NCBI GenBank assembly: GCA_964057225.1
Contig: OZ059899.1
Coordinates: 6,076,001 to 6,140,000, forward strand
Length of the DNA stretch: 64,000 nucleotides
Direction of reading: 5' to 3'
From: Auanema rhodensis
Taxonomy: Eukaryota; Animalia; Nematoda
Position 1 is the stretch's first letter; every line of letters begins with the position of its first letter. The notes under the pieces are model-generated. The model did not search any database. It was not told the DNA's origin and was given only the letters and a program-made list of their open reading frames with translations. Shown piece after piece: positions 29,159-43,800 of the stretch. A program made the position numbers and the translations under genes.

Positions 29159-32100
29159 AAAGATGTTCAGAGAACAAGTTTTGTACATCGTTATCGGGAA
29201 TTAGAAGATGGCTTGATTGTCTTTGAACAAAACCTCATATTAGGAACTCTAATAGTTTTATTCTTTTATCATATATTGTTTTTGTTTTTCTATGTTTATA
29301 TGTATATAACATTCTCTAACTTAAAAATAGTTTTCTTAATATGTTTGTCAGAAGATGAATCATTCAATCTAAGCAAATCATATCTAACTTCTTCATATTT
29401 ATGAATGTACAATCATATATACAATGTATATACAAACTATATGTACATATACTATATGTATAAGGTATTAACATATATTTTTGACTTTCTTTAAGATTCT
29501 TTAAGACTCATTATATTTTCTTATTTAATGTCTTTCAATCTTTTCTTTTTTTATTTAAAAACCGTTTGGTTATAAACGAAATCGAAAGAAGTCTTGACCT
29601 CGAGTAACTCTTTATCAACTCTACATCTAGCCTTCAAATCCCACTGTGCATCATGCTCGTCAGTTTTTCTTTCTAGCTTTTTCAGAATAACGTCTCCTCA
29701 AACGAGTTCTTTATAGCCTCAGGGAGAATATTTGGCTTAACGTGACGCCGTTGCCTACTTGGTCGTCGTCGAATGTTTAGCGTGTTGCTTTGATTGCTGG
29801 GGAGATTCGGAAAGTGTATATGTGGTGGAAGAAAGAAAGATATTGCTATGAAGGAGTGTGAAAAGATTCTAATAGGGGGTGGTTGTAGCTTGTATTTCGT
29901 AATAGTCTAGATATCTCTATCTATCTTCAGTCATATATAATATGTGGAGATGCATAGCTAGTTTCTATGTCTTCTTATGGTTCTCGTAGACCCTGCCTCA
30001 AGGGCAGCAGTGTTACGTAATTTATCCGAAAAATAGATTAAGCTTAGCCCTGAAAATCTATCTTCATCTTCTGAGATCTACTGTTGCTATTCCTTGCTTT
30101 TTTTATAAAATTTGTTTTTTTCTTATTTTGTATGTATATTTCTCATAATGATAAAATGGATTAAAGTTAGATGGGAAACTTAAGCTTACAGCATGTGAAC
30201 CATATGCTATTTCCAGATGATATTCCTTTTTGTTTTATTATCGTGTATAAGTTAAAGAATAAGCCGATAATAATCTTTTTATCTACAAACTTTCTTTTTG
30301 CTTCATTCATTGAGAAGATATCCAAGCTACTGTAGAATATAAGCTTGTCATTTAGCTAGGCTTATGAAGTTGGAATCAGGTTGAAACCATTCGACAATTT
30401 ATTGCTTACCATACACGTCGTATCCTCAATAGTTTGGAGGGTATAATTCAAGTTTTTGCGGATTGAAACGAAAAAATAAATTTTTCAATTCACCTCTCAC
30501 AACAATAGAAAAAAGGAGAAACAGGTTTACATCCTAGTATGTTAAACTGTTAACTTGTGAAACAAAAAAAACATGATTTTCCAAAAGTTTACGCATAAAT
30601 AAGAAATATTTGTAGCAGTTTGGCAATTTTATTTGAATACACTTTTGACATCAAGATGTTATTTGAGAAAAAAACACGTTGATATAGTAGATTGTAACAA
30701 GTTTAATTCCTGTTTAACACGTTTCAATACGTTTTCTGAGGAAAGGTGATGCAGCATAGTAGTAAACGAGAACAACTTCTTCTATATGCTCAAACTAGCC
30801 ACTATAGTTCACTCTTTCCACCCCTCCTTTTTGTGTCTTGATTAAACTTATTTTATGAAATATCTTGCAAGAAAGTGACAGGAAAGAGGAATAAAAGAAT
30901 CGAAAAATAGCTACAGATGTATGCACTTTAACCATTAGTTCGTCAAGAAATATTACAATCTAAATGCTTTACACTGTGAGCTTAACGCACAGTTGCACCT
31001 TAACTAGAGGCTAAGTAAGACAATATAATAACAGAAGGAGTAATGTAGTTATTTTAATCGATGATATATGTAAAGAACCTCGAAAAACTATATTTATAAG
31101 TAGAGATATAAATATCTTTTAGAGGATATAGAAGTAAAAATGAATGGATTGAATGAAGATAATAGTGGGAAAACAAAAGTGATCCATTTTGGATTTGCTT
31201 ACTGAGAGCCATATGCTATTCTATCATAAATAACATTTTCGTTCAAACATTAGTTCTGCTCCGACACAACATTAGTAGCTTCAATCACATTTTCTTGTCA
31301 TCTTTCTCAAAACTTCGTTGTTTAAAACTGTTGTCCCATACTTATTTCCTTCCTTTTACTTCTTCAAAACATGACATTTTTCGAAGGAAATAGGCATAGT
31401 GAGGAAGGATGGGTGTGGGACGACAATTCTTTGGACCAGAACAAGATCTGCGTATTGCAATTGCTAAAGCCGACCAGAACGAACTCTTTGACTAGAATGT
31501 AGCAATTATAGTTTCGCTCTGTTGTTTTCTTTTCGTAAACTTTCTGGTTTAACTATATTATGAATTTATATTATATCTTCATTTCAATGAATTTTATTAT
31601 TTTCTAAAAATAAAAAATGGTTTTGTAATTCTATATCTTAATATGGTCATAGTCTGAGTATTATTGTTTCAGAAAATGCAAAATATTACCATATTTCTAT
31701 ATAAATTTATGAATAATTTACATAATTAAAATATAATTAACATTTTTATTTGATTTCTTAATCTCTTCTGACTATATTTCTGAAATATCCTAAGAAAACT
31801 AAAAAAATTCCTACAAGAACATTGCAAACATTCCATTTTATTTTTCCTTTTAAAGCCACGATAATCGGTTGAATGCTCAGTTCTTAGAGAGAAAAAAATG
31901 TCATTATGATTTCATTTTCTTTTATTATTTTTCAATTAATTATTTTTATTTTTATTATTTTGTTTATTATTATTAATATTATTCAAAATGAACAATTTCA
32001 TTTATTTGAAAAGATTAATATGAAATTCAGTATGTCACCTTATGTATATTTCATTTAATATTTATTGGTTTTGTATGGTTTCATAAAGCAATAGTTGTTG

Positions 32101-35100
32101 AATAGAGGTGATTTTCATACGACAGATGTATGTATGTATTTCATTTTCTCAACTATATGCATAAATCATTCTGAAAATAGTAGAGATGCAAATTTCTTGT
32201 AAGCAAAATCCAATTTAGCAGTTAAATTTCCAATGCATTTGCCCCCATTTGAACATATTTTCTTCATCATTTTCAGTTTTTCAACTGTCTGACTTTGCAG
32301 TTTGCGTGTCATATCATCTGAAATCTGTATTTATGTTTCTCCAACATTTTATTTAAAATAATATTTTCTCTTTCATATTTTTTTTATTGTTTAATGTCTC
32401 AAGTATGAAAAGCTCAATAATTCTCAAAATTTTATAAACTGAATATGTTATGGTGGTTTGTGATCATCTAGTAGCATCCCATTTTGCCATACTTCCCTCC
32501 ACTAACATGCAGATGTTTGTCGTCAGAAAGTTTAGAAAAGGATTAATCTTCAAACATTTTCTTGTTAGAACTCCCTCTTGTCAAAACCAAATTTATTTTC
32601 TCATTTGAGAAAAAGTGTTTCTTTGATAGTTGATGAAGAAGCAAATTCATTTTTAAAACGTTTACGTTTCAATATTTCTCTTGCAAAGGGTAAATACGTG
32701 TAATCATCGTTTAAGACTTATTTTCTGTCTCTTACGTATATTCGTTGATAATCAGTTAAAATATTGAACGTTTACCATAGGTCATATGACAATTATAATC
32801 AAAAAATATTTATCTTTCATCAAAATCTTAATTATTTTTTTAGAAATGTGATTAAATTTGTGTGTTTGCAGAATTTTTTAGCTTGTAGGTTTTATTGTAA
32901 AATCTTGATAGTACACGAGATCAAATTCAAGTTATTTTATTTTAAAAACGTTTTTGAAAACCAATCGACACGTTGCCGGATTCTGTGCCTGTTTCATCTT
33001 CTCCTAGTCACCTATTTTCACCGAAGCTTTATCTATTGAAAATCGGGAACCTTTTGTGCACACACGATGCAATTCTAAGTGATTCTTATCAGATTTGATC
33101 ATTTTTCAAATATATTCACATCTCTTCTGTTTTTGAAGAGAATTTATAATGATAAAACTAAACCTTATGAAGATAGAAACAGAATGAACATAGCCACATA
33201 CATACTGTGCATGACCATTTACACAGGAAACCGTCAAAGACAGATAAGTCTTAAAAGGGAGTGACAATGAAAATACATTCGATCATTAAGGTCATCCACA
33301 GCCGGGCTTCTTATCGTTTTGTCGGTCACAATGAAATTTTATTTCATTTACCCTTTTTTTAGCAGACATTTGTTTAATAGATCATCAATTTCTTATTTCT
33401 AATTAATGTTTCAAAGCTAATAAAAAAAAACTTTTTACAGTATGACTTCATCATTTTGTTTCTTTTTTTTTCTCTTTTATTTTTCTTATTATCATTCAAT
33501 ATATTCCAATATTTCTTTTCTTATATCTTTTCACAATATATTCTCGTTTGTCCATTTGACTGACTGACTCTGCCTTGGTCAGATTATTTTGTCTCTATCC
33601 GTTAGAACCAGTTTTCACTATCATTAACCGTATATTGAAGAGAATTTTCTTTAAAATTTTTCCCTTTTTCTTGTTCCATCGTTTTTACCATTCCATTTGA
33701 AAATTATTTGTATGGTTAGCTGAGCTAGTATTGATAATGTATATAATTGATTTTAATTCCAATACTTATATGAAATTGATTGACTATATGTATATGACTA
33801 ATCATGAGAGTATTAGTAATTATAACATCCACCCCCATATATAGATATGTATATGTATATCAGTTACATATTATCAGATAAGTATTAAATAGAATTGAAG
33901 TAATTGAAGTGCAACTTTCTTATCGTCATCTTTGATTATTTAAAATGAGCTCATTCTATTTAATAATCTGTTATAAAACATTCTTCTTCTCACTTCTTCC
34001 CTATAATGATTCTCAACTTTTATTTGAAATTCTAATCTATTTCTAAGAGAAAAACCGTTTTTTTCTTATTTATTTTGACGACTTTGCCAATCAAAAATCG
34101 TTGTTCTGTGATCATCATTCTATGTATTTTATTTATTGTTCCTGCTTTGGTAAATAGATCTTATTGTTTCATTATATTCTCCTCTCCCCCCCCCCCTCAT
34201 TTTGTTACATTTTTACTCAATTTTATCCAGTTTACAGTTTTCAATAGATGAAGTTAATCAATTTATATATATTTTTGAAAGAATAGAATAACAGTTGAAA
34301 CTGTTTTATTCCTAACCCCACAAATTGTTTTGAAATGTGAAAATGTGTATTAAACTAATTTGGCCAATGAATCATCCAAAAATGAAAATGAACGCAAAAC
34401 AAATATGATACAACTTGTCAAATCTTTTGTAAATTTATATATCAAATCATACATCTATTTTCTTTTATTTTTAAATTTAAAAAAATGAAAAATTTGATAT
34501 AATATTATTGATTTCATATAATTATTGTTTAAAAAATTTCGTCTATTTTTTATAAATTTTTTTTCTCAATAAAAATATCTTATCATTACTTTATAATTTA
34601 TTATTTAATTTTTTTAATCAAAACATATAAACTAATATTAATATGATTTGATCCTGTTTCCTATGTGTATGACGTATAATCATGCCATCTGACATCATCT
34701 TCTCAGTATTTACTATGCAAAATATTATCTTTTATATTATTTTTTCAAACACTTATCATATTTCAATTTGCAATATGTTCTCCAGATAGCTGTCATATTC
34801 TATGTTTTACATATTTTTTGCAATTTTCACGCATATTAACCTAGAATATTTACAATATGAAGAACACATACATAATGTATTTCAATTCGTGTACCTCGTG
34901 TTCACTAACCTACCGCTTATACCTTTTCCACTGCTTCCGGTCGCTTTCTGATTCTCTAACAACTCATCTTCGTCGAGTATTCCTGGACATCTGATGTCAT
35001 GTCAACTAGTTTTCTATTTTTATTTTCTCATTTTTCTTCTTTTCGTTTTTTTTTAAATTTTGTTTTACTCGGATTGCAGAGTTACCTACCTTTCCTATAT

Positions 35101-37660
35101 AACATATGAGTTCGGAGCATTGCCTCCCAGTCATCCACGTTCTCACATTTTTTGAAAATTCGTCAACTTGTTCTCAAAGAATTCAAGGAACTCCCCACTT
35201 AGGAAGTTTTTTTCAAATGAAATATTATTACGCTTTTATTCTCTTTCTATTTTTTTCTTTTCATTTTATTTCAGTTATCCATAAAAACAAATGCTTTTAA
35301 CAATATTATATTTTCATATTTAATCAATTAATTCAAAAAGAAACTAGCTTCATGACCTGAAGAACTTTTTTTGGTGAAATAGCTATGTAACCAACAGCAA
35401 CTTCTTAAATGAAAACTACAGCTGTTTTTCTTTCTTATTTTTTAAAGAAAAATATATTATTCAGAGAAAAGAAAAAACATTTTTTTTGTGTTTTAGTTAT
35501 TCTCTGAGTACTATTCAAACAACTTATTACCTAAACTCTTCATTATTCTATTATTATGATTTGGTACATGTCATGTATGTATGTATGTACATATTACTTT
35601 TCATACATATTTTCCCTTCAACCTCATCTTTTTTTTGCCAATTTTCTCTTTTTTTTCTTTTCTTCTATTTTTCTTCCAAACATTCTTCAAATTGTGATAA
35701 CTGATACATGTATGTATGTATGTAAGTATGTGTATGTATTTCAACCAATAGTTCTCTGCATTCAAACGGTTTCAAATGATTCTAGCTGAAAACAGCCGGT
35801 TAATCAAATATGAAAATCATAAATAAAATGCTTATCAGTAGTATATTGATTTTTGTCGTCTTCTTTATGATTTTCTCCAGGCCTTTATTGAGAAGAAAAT
35901 AAATTTGTTTATTTTTTCTTTCAGACTACTATAGTTTGATGATTGTAAACTGTGATGCAATACATTAGCTCATATTTCCTATCAGCTAATAAGCGCTCAA
36001 TGTTTGGGTTCTCACCCTTTTTGTTAACTTTTCCTCACTTGTTCCATATCATTATATTCCAAACAAACTTATTTTGGAATTTATTGATCAAGTTTCTTCA
36101 TTATCAAAACAAGTTGCAACTTCAATTCTGCAATATGGTTGTAGTATTTTGAAAATGGAATATGAAATCAAAAACGAAAAAACGAAAAAACGTTTTTAGA
36201 CAAGACCATTAAAAATTCTCATTGAAAAAAAATGAATAACTACCCAATCTTCACATTTCATCTTGCCAATTTGTCATCAAGTTTTTAACGTTTTTCAAGC
36301 GGGACCAAGCGGACGGGTTGTACTTGTTGCTTAAGGTATTTCACTAGACGGAACACCAACTAATCATCAACACCATCTTGTTCAAACTCTTGATCACCAT
36401 CTGATCAAGATGCCTTATGTCGCATTCACGCTTGTCTTCATCATTTTCGCTGTGTGCGAAGTATTTTGCGAGTTCTTATTCCGCCTTGACGCTGTGTATA
36501 GCCGAGGTTTAAAGTGTATAGAGGTTGAAGAATGAACATGCTGGATCGGAGGAGAGCCTGATGACCTCGTAACCTTCCTAGTTCCCCCTTCATCTCTTCT
36601 TTTGCATTGTTAGCCACATAATAGACCTGCCAAATATGTCCAGTTTCTAGGTTTTTACATTTGCGACACCTTCAATCGATTTCCTCCTACTCACATTACT
36701 TGTCGTATTTAACAAGATTGCTTTATAGTATCTCATTCACTTATTTCTTTTCATTTTTCTATCTTCTTATTAAGAAAACATATGTCCTTTTGTATTCATA
36801 TCTTATGCCATTTCAAAATCAACAACGTACTTCGGTGCGGTCTAAGTCTCTTTGGTTCTTTTCAATTGCTTGCAGATAGCAATTTGTTGATGAAGTAATT
36901 GGTCTCAAATTCTAGTTCATTACCATTAATGCTACACTGTTGTTAATGAAGAAAAGATTTTTTTTTCATCAGCTTGAACAATTAGAGAATCGTAGATAAT
37001 CATACAGCGTCTATCATCAGTATGGTCGCTCAACACTCCACTCTTTAACATTTAACATCTAGATTGGGGAAGGGGGAAGAATCTGAGAGAAACAACTTCT
37101 TCCATATTAGGCCAATAACAATGAAACAAAGGACAACCTTGTCAATATTACTACCAAATACCATGTGACCATTGAAAAAGTGTTCAAGAACCGATTTTCA
37201 TAGTTCTATATGTTTCATACATTTTCAAATCATTATTATAGATATATGTATATTTATTTTTATTTATTGAAGAATATCTTAAGTAAACTAAATCAGTATT
37301 TCAATTAAAAACTTTAATAAGAACATTTTCTCTTTTTATCATATTTTTACTTTAATTCATGATTCATCGAATTCCAAAACACAAACCGTTTTTTCCTCTC
37401 TTTTTCATCTTATTTTACAAAAAAATGAATGCGTAATCAGGTCTTGTCATATTTAATATATCGAAAATGGTGCCTACAACGAGACGAATTCAATTCTCAG
37501 TAAGCTTTTAATATTTTTTTGTATTTCTGCTTTTCTTACAATCACTCAATTACCATGAGGTATAAATAACATTTTCGTTTTACACTTTCGTGTTTTATCT
37601 GTCGGCTATAACTGGATTTCTCACACAAAGTGTACGCTTTGAGCCATAACCTCTCTTTCA

Positions 37661-38044
37661 ATGTTCCAACAATCAGTATTACCCCGTTATCCAGTTCGCA
37701 CTCCTGCTGAGTCAGTGAAGCATCAAATTCATGAAATTGTGCTTTCTTCTCATGAAGACTTCCGTGCTTTTGCTGAGAAAATCCAAAAAGCGGCTCAGAC
37801 AAAATGGGGTTTACTATATGAATCACGTCATTCCCGGAAGGATGTTCAGTTATTCAAACCAGATCTCTTCTCAATATGGCAGTCAGCGCCGCAAAGCAAT
37901 CAGAGGCCCCGAGGGCATAAACCCAGCCAATATATTCAGAATCTTTTTTCTTTCATTTCCTATATATGTATGGTTTTTTTCTTTTCATTCTCTTATTCAT
38001 TCATTCATTCCCCTTCTCATTGTCCAATAGCATTGTTTGACTGA
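37661..38044 (+). CDS. Candidate small single-exon protein (127 aa) in a gene-poor region
   Basis: ATG-initiated ORF whose first ~90 codons have coding-like composition (amphipathic SHEDFRAFAEKIQKAAQTKW). No family recognised. Confidence 0.4.
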   Translation: MFQQSVLPRYPVRTPAESVKHQIHEIVLSSHEDFRAFAEKIQKAAQTKWGLLYESRHSRKDVQLFKPDLFSIWQSAPQSNQRPRGHKPSQYIQNLFSFISYICMVFFFSFSYSFIHSPSHCPIALFD

Positions 38045-40409
38045 AAAAAAATTTGGCTTAACATTTGCATAAGCCCAATTTCATCTTCCATGAGTTCTAG
38101 TTTTCAAGTCATATTGCTAACCTACATCATTTTCGGTAGATAGTGACAGATTGTGATTTAAATTCCATTTTTAATCATTCTTTTATATTTTCTTTTCAAT
38201 ATTTTTTAACTTTTCGTTGATCTCCGCCTACTTACGTATGACTCGGTGATTCCATAATCATCGTGACGTCTCAAGAGGCAAAATATGAGGCCGAACATGA
38301 TATATAATTCGGAAAAGAGAGTCACAAGTGAGTTAAAGAAAAACGAGAAATGATGAGTCACCTTATGCGTTCCGTTCTTGTGCTCCACCTTTCATCTCTT
38401 TCAATTTCTCTGTTCTTCTTGCCGTGTCTTGCTTTCAAGTTTCTGTTTGCATGCAAGAGCAGATGAAGACTATACGAGATTGAGAAAGTTAAAGACAGGG
38501 ATAGAAAGAGCAAAAGACATCATAAAACAAAGAGAAAGGAACGAGTTGAAAATTTGAGAAATTCGGAGAGAATAAGCAAATCCAAGTAATTTGTTAAGGA
38601 GACATTAGAGAGAGAAGTACGAATAGTGAGAGAATCAGAAAATTGTCGAGATGTGTGAAAATTTGAAGAACGATAACTCACCACAACAGTAGAAGTCCCA
38701 ATTTTTGCTACATTGCTGCAAGCAATCTAAATGTGAAGTCCTTCTGTTCTTTTTCAAAATCCTCTTTTTATCCTTTTCCTTCTCAGACTCAATTACAATT
38801 GAAAGTTTTGCTTAAATGAAATTATGCTCTTCCTAACGTTACATTCCACAAATTTCAAATTCCTTTTCACTACAAATTATCCAATTTTCACGTGTATCGA
38901 CATCGTCATCATGCAAAGCTTGCGTGGGCACAACAGCTGTTGCCAGGAGCTGAGACGCGTCCACGTCGATAGACATACATATGCAATATCAGAGGCGATC
39001 AGCTTTTCGTTAATCGATAAATCTTCTTAGCTTTCAAATGTTTTCTCATCCCTTCTTTTACTATTGCAATATATATGTCTTTTCCTCGTTCTTCTCCTTA
39101 ACTTCGCCCTTTTATTGGCCTGACCGCGATTTTCTTCCAGATGAGACCGCGACACAATGTTTCCGCTACGTGAACCTCTCTTCTGGTTTCTATCGTTCCG
39201 GGCCTCGTGAACATCTGCATCCATTCATGTATTATGCATTTCTTTCGTCATTTTCTACTGTTCGAAGCTTCACTTCTTGACTTCAATTTCTTGTGAATAA
39301 ACGCTCCCTTGTCTGTATGACTGTCAAGCCGGATCAGGACTAGTTACCGCTCGTTCTTTCCCCTCTGTTCTCCCACTTGTAGAGGTTACGAGAAATGCTC
39401 AATACCGGAAGAGAGAAGGAAAAGCTTGACTAGATGAAACGGAAATTCATAAACAGTTTCTGCTTCCGTATAGGACGAACTCTTGCGATCTCCCTGAATT
39501 TCCATCATCATCATTTCACTCTTCTATCACGTAGACCATGGAACTTATCATGTTCATTGAGCTGGAACAAATAGAAATGTCGATTTCGACGGCGTCGTCA
39601 GCGGGTGCCGGAACTGTGACGACGACACTGGTGACAACGTCGTAGACTTATTTCCTTGACTCGGAGCATTATCAGCATCGCATAACTACAACACAAAAGC
39701 GATAAGCTAGACTAAAGCGAAAAAAAATGAATTCGTCCTCAAAAATTCAATATTTTCTCGATTTTCCAATCATCATAGTCTCTCAAAACAGCTATCTGCT
39801 TTTCTATTACCAAAATGTTTACTTCGTTTTTTCCTTTCTCACTCCTCACCGTCAATTGAGTCGATCTATGAAGCGTATTCCTGTTCCCTCATTCTTTGTT
39901 ACATGTTATCAACAGTTATTTACCGATCTATTCTTTGACTTCATTTTGATTCTTTCGTCATATTTTTCATATGCGATCCACCCTTAGTATGTTCTGTCCT
40001 CCTAATTTACTTTTAAAAGGTCAATCTAAGTAATTCCTCAGTTCTATATGAAATTTGGTCTGTGTAAAGTACACATGTACTCCTACTTTTCATCTTACCC
40101 TCCTGTTTTCCACCCTTCTTATTCTCTATTGTCGCCTTCAATTGTGAGCTCAAAGTCTATAATAGCGAATATTATCACTTTTATCTTTTCCTAATTTTCT
40201 TATTTTATTTCTTCTCCAAATTTCGTATGTAGCTGCTTTCAGAGAAATCGCTCAAGAATTCTCAAAATCTACAAAATTCTTACATCACAAAAATCACTCC
40301 TTTCTGATCAAATTCACAATAACAAGCATTTCATGTGATCAAAAATGAGCCTTCTAAACAAAGTTGAAACCTCAAAAACCAACTATTTTTCTCTTGTTTG
40401 CTGCTTTGG

Positions 40410-40590
40410 ACTGAGGATCTTGGGGCGTTCCGCCGTCGTCTCGTCGCAACTATCGAGTAATCTTGTCGCCGCGTAGCCGCGCGCGTCCTCGTGCACGCGG
40501 CGGCGGCCGTTTGTCGCGGCGTTGAATCCAGTCTGATGGTGGTTGGCGCGAGGTCGTTGTCCCAGCGCTCAAGCACGTGAGGCTCTGCCA
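40410..40590. promoter_or_regulatory. GC/CpG-rich block about 300 nt upstream of the SH3BP5-like ATG; probable promoter
   Basis: Abrupt GC-rich segment (gccgcgtagccgcgcgcgtcc...) in an AT-rich background, containing a CACGTG E-box near 40574. Confidence 0.5.
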
Positions 40591-40897
40591 ATTGGAATTT
40601 ATCTACATTTTATATTCCTTATTAAGCACTATGATAATACACAACATTAACTACGTATTTCTTGCTTTTTACTATATGAATTTTCGGCTATACTATATAT
40701 ATTTTTTTTTTCTGAATTTATGTTGATTTATTATTATATTCCTGCTGCTATTCATATTGTTTTTTTATGAACAATTTTCTTTCTAATTTTATTATTTATA
40801 TGAATTCTTGCTTTATTATTTGAATTCTTTGCAGTATTGTACAGGATATAATCCTTGAATGATTCGCTGATATAGACTAATTTGTCTTGCCTACTAA

Positions 40898-43800
40898 ATG
40901 ACTGAAATTATTACTGATGGAGAAGGGCTACGCCACAGGAGCGATAGCATGAAAGCTCTCTCAGTGAATTCAGGTAATTTTTTTAAACATTTCTTTTTTT
41001 TTATTCGCTCCGTATCAACATTGTTCGAGAGTTAAGTAGGGATTACACTCAGGTTCACGGTTAACTCCAACACTGAAATGGTCGTCAGCCTATCCCACAT
41101 TAACATTACTGAGCGATTAATATCTGTTTTCACTACGAATTAGCTATCAGTTTTGGCTGATTTAATTTCGTTTTTTCACTTTCGATTGATTTTGATTTAT
41201 GTTCAATTGATTGATTAAATCGATGGAATCATGTAAGATAAATTGGAGTGGGGGGATATAGAAAATATTTAGTTTTGTTATTAATCATTGGCAACACATT
41301 TTTTTCGGCTTGTGTTACAAAGATTGATTTAGAATTGAAGTTGTTTATTTTTCATTTTTTAATGCTTCGTTTTTCAGACTCATGTAATGATAGCTGTTTG
41401 GGATATTCGGAGGTAGAAGAAGATGAACCTCATTTAGATCAAAAACATCTGAATTTGGTTCATGAAGAATTAGAAAAACTGAATATTGCTACGGATGTGA
41501 TAAACAAACTAGAAGTTCAGTTAGATGGTGCTCGAGCTCTATTCCGGTAAGCTTCTTCTCTTCCGACTCATCTTGTACTAGTATTTTGTTCTTGTTTATA
41601 AAAAAAACCAGCTGAGTGCATTCGAAATTACATAGAAATCATACATGTGAAGTTAGTAAGCGTTAATGTTTGCTCGTAACAATGCTGGTCATCTTGTACC
41701 ATCGTTTTCCTATCTTAGGAACCTGTTTTGCTTTATTTAAACAAGGATCTGTTATAATATCATATGCATATTTCTACTGAATCGTTTTGTAGCATGTTTT
41801 CTCTGCAGTATTATTCAAATTTTTATTCGTTTTCTTTTTAGGGAGATTCAAGGAACGTGGGCAGAAAAGTTGAAAGATCTCTCAAAGAAGTATAGCTCAG
41901 CTATAGCCAAAGCTCGGCCTTATTACGAAGCTAAAATCCAGGTAATTTGACTTTTGAAACCTCAGTTTGTTGAACTTCAGGTTCAGAACTTGATATTTGA
42001 CTTTATTTGCCCGAGCTCAGGTTTTTCTAAATTCCCCGTGTGCTCCGTCAACAGATTGCGCTTGAAAAGCAAATGTCGTGGGGGGTCTTCTTGCGGTCGC
42101 GAGGCATGTGTTTGCTTCTACACCGACACGATCAGTACAGAAGTCTCGCGATTCTCAGCGTTAGCGCGTCATTTCCCTAACGTATAGTTCCTTCCGTCTC
42201 TTGCAAAGCATTTTCTCTCATATTCATGTACAGTGAAGCTTCTTTTCTTTGCAAATTCTTTGCATCTCTTGTGTGCCACTCCCTTATGATGAGCTGCTGG
42301 GGTCTCTGACGCTTAAGCCACTAGATCAAATGAATGAATAAGTCGTTGCAAATCCAAATCACGTTCTGTTTGATGAGTATTTCCTGCAAACTTGGTGTTC
42401 TTATCGAAATTCTATTTTTGAACCCTCGGGGCGAATTGCAATACAATATTTGCTCTAGTTTTGAATGGTTTAGTACCCGTAATAGCAACTGTTTGCACTT
42501 CCTATTTCGGTCCAAAAGCTTCACCTACTATAGGCGGTTGGGGCAAATTAAATATATGGGGTGATAAACGATTCTTCGTATATTTATCTTTTTTTTAATA
42601 AATCTTTTTTCAGGAGCGAAAAGTACGAGAAGATTCTCAACGTTCAGCAATTCGTTTCGAGAGGGCAACATCTTTGCTAGGTGTGGCTAAACAACAAGTC
42701 AGCTTAACTCAAGAAAGTTTAAATAGACAGAAAATAATACAGCCAGAATGTCTTGAGGTTTGTTCATTTTTTTCTCATTTTATATACTATTTTTATTAGT
42801 TTTAAGTCCTTGTGTACATTCAGTCATTATATTTATAGTTCATAGTGCTATGTTTTTTTTAGAATTGAAAATTTGTTTTTTTTTTCATTGTTAAAACCGT
42901 TCCCAGCAAAACATTTTGAGTTCTTTCGAAATACATGGGTTTTTTAGCTCAGCTGTATATATTTTCACAAAAATCTGTAATTGTTAGTTGACTAACAAAA
43001 CCCATGTTGACATATTTTGTTATAGTTACGAATCCATTTCGCCCACTCATAAGTATGACATCATTCTTCTGTATCGACATTCCTTCGTTATCATTCATTT
43101 TCGTTCAAGTTAATTATTTAGTTTTTAGGTTCTCAATCATCATATTCAACGAGTGAGTGAGGCTGAGAATGAACGCATTGCTGCTGAAGAAGAGCACAAA
43201 AATAACTCAGCAAGAATGCTTGAAATGGCGGAACAGATTAGAAAAATGGAAAAGGAACATCGGTAAGAATATTTGATTTTTTACCATTTTGTAAATTATA
43301 TTTTGCAGTTCTTCTATAAAGAAATCAAGAACATACTTCGATCAAAGGCTTGAATTTACTAGAGTATTAGAACGTCAAAAAGAGCTTATTCTGCGATTAG
43401 AAGCTGAGGTTTGTTCTACTTTTTTCCAAATTTTTATAAATAAGCCAAAGTTACATGTGTGTATCTTGATCACTGTATTTGGGCTTATAATACCAGCAGG
43501 TGTCCAAACAAAATGCCAAACGAAATTCAAAATGTCGTGGAGGTTTGCGTGACCTGATCATTTTGAGTGGGCAGATTTTTTATATGAGCCACGAATTTAA
43601 TGGACTTTATTGGGGAAAATTTTCGAAAACTATACAGTTAATATTTTGTTATGATGAATATTTGAAGGTCCGACAAAAAAAGTGCGACTACACTACATCT
43701 TTACGTAATTTGGAAAGGATATCAGACTCAATTCATGAACAACGAAGTATAGGTGGAGGATCTAATATAATCAAGTATGTTGTTTTTCTTATTTTCGTTT

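Noticed and set aside
31458-31510. TGACTAGA (miR-44/279 seed) in a short stem
   Set aside because: Only 8 bp pair and the seed region is unpaired, so it is not a pre-miRNA fold.
42287-42310. ATGATGA...CTGA C/D box pair in an intron
   Set aside because: The boxes span only about 24 nt, too short for a snoRNA, and no distal D box was found.
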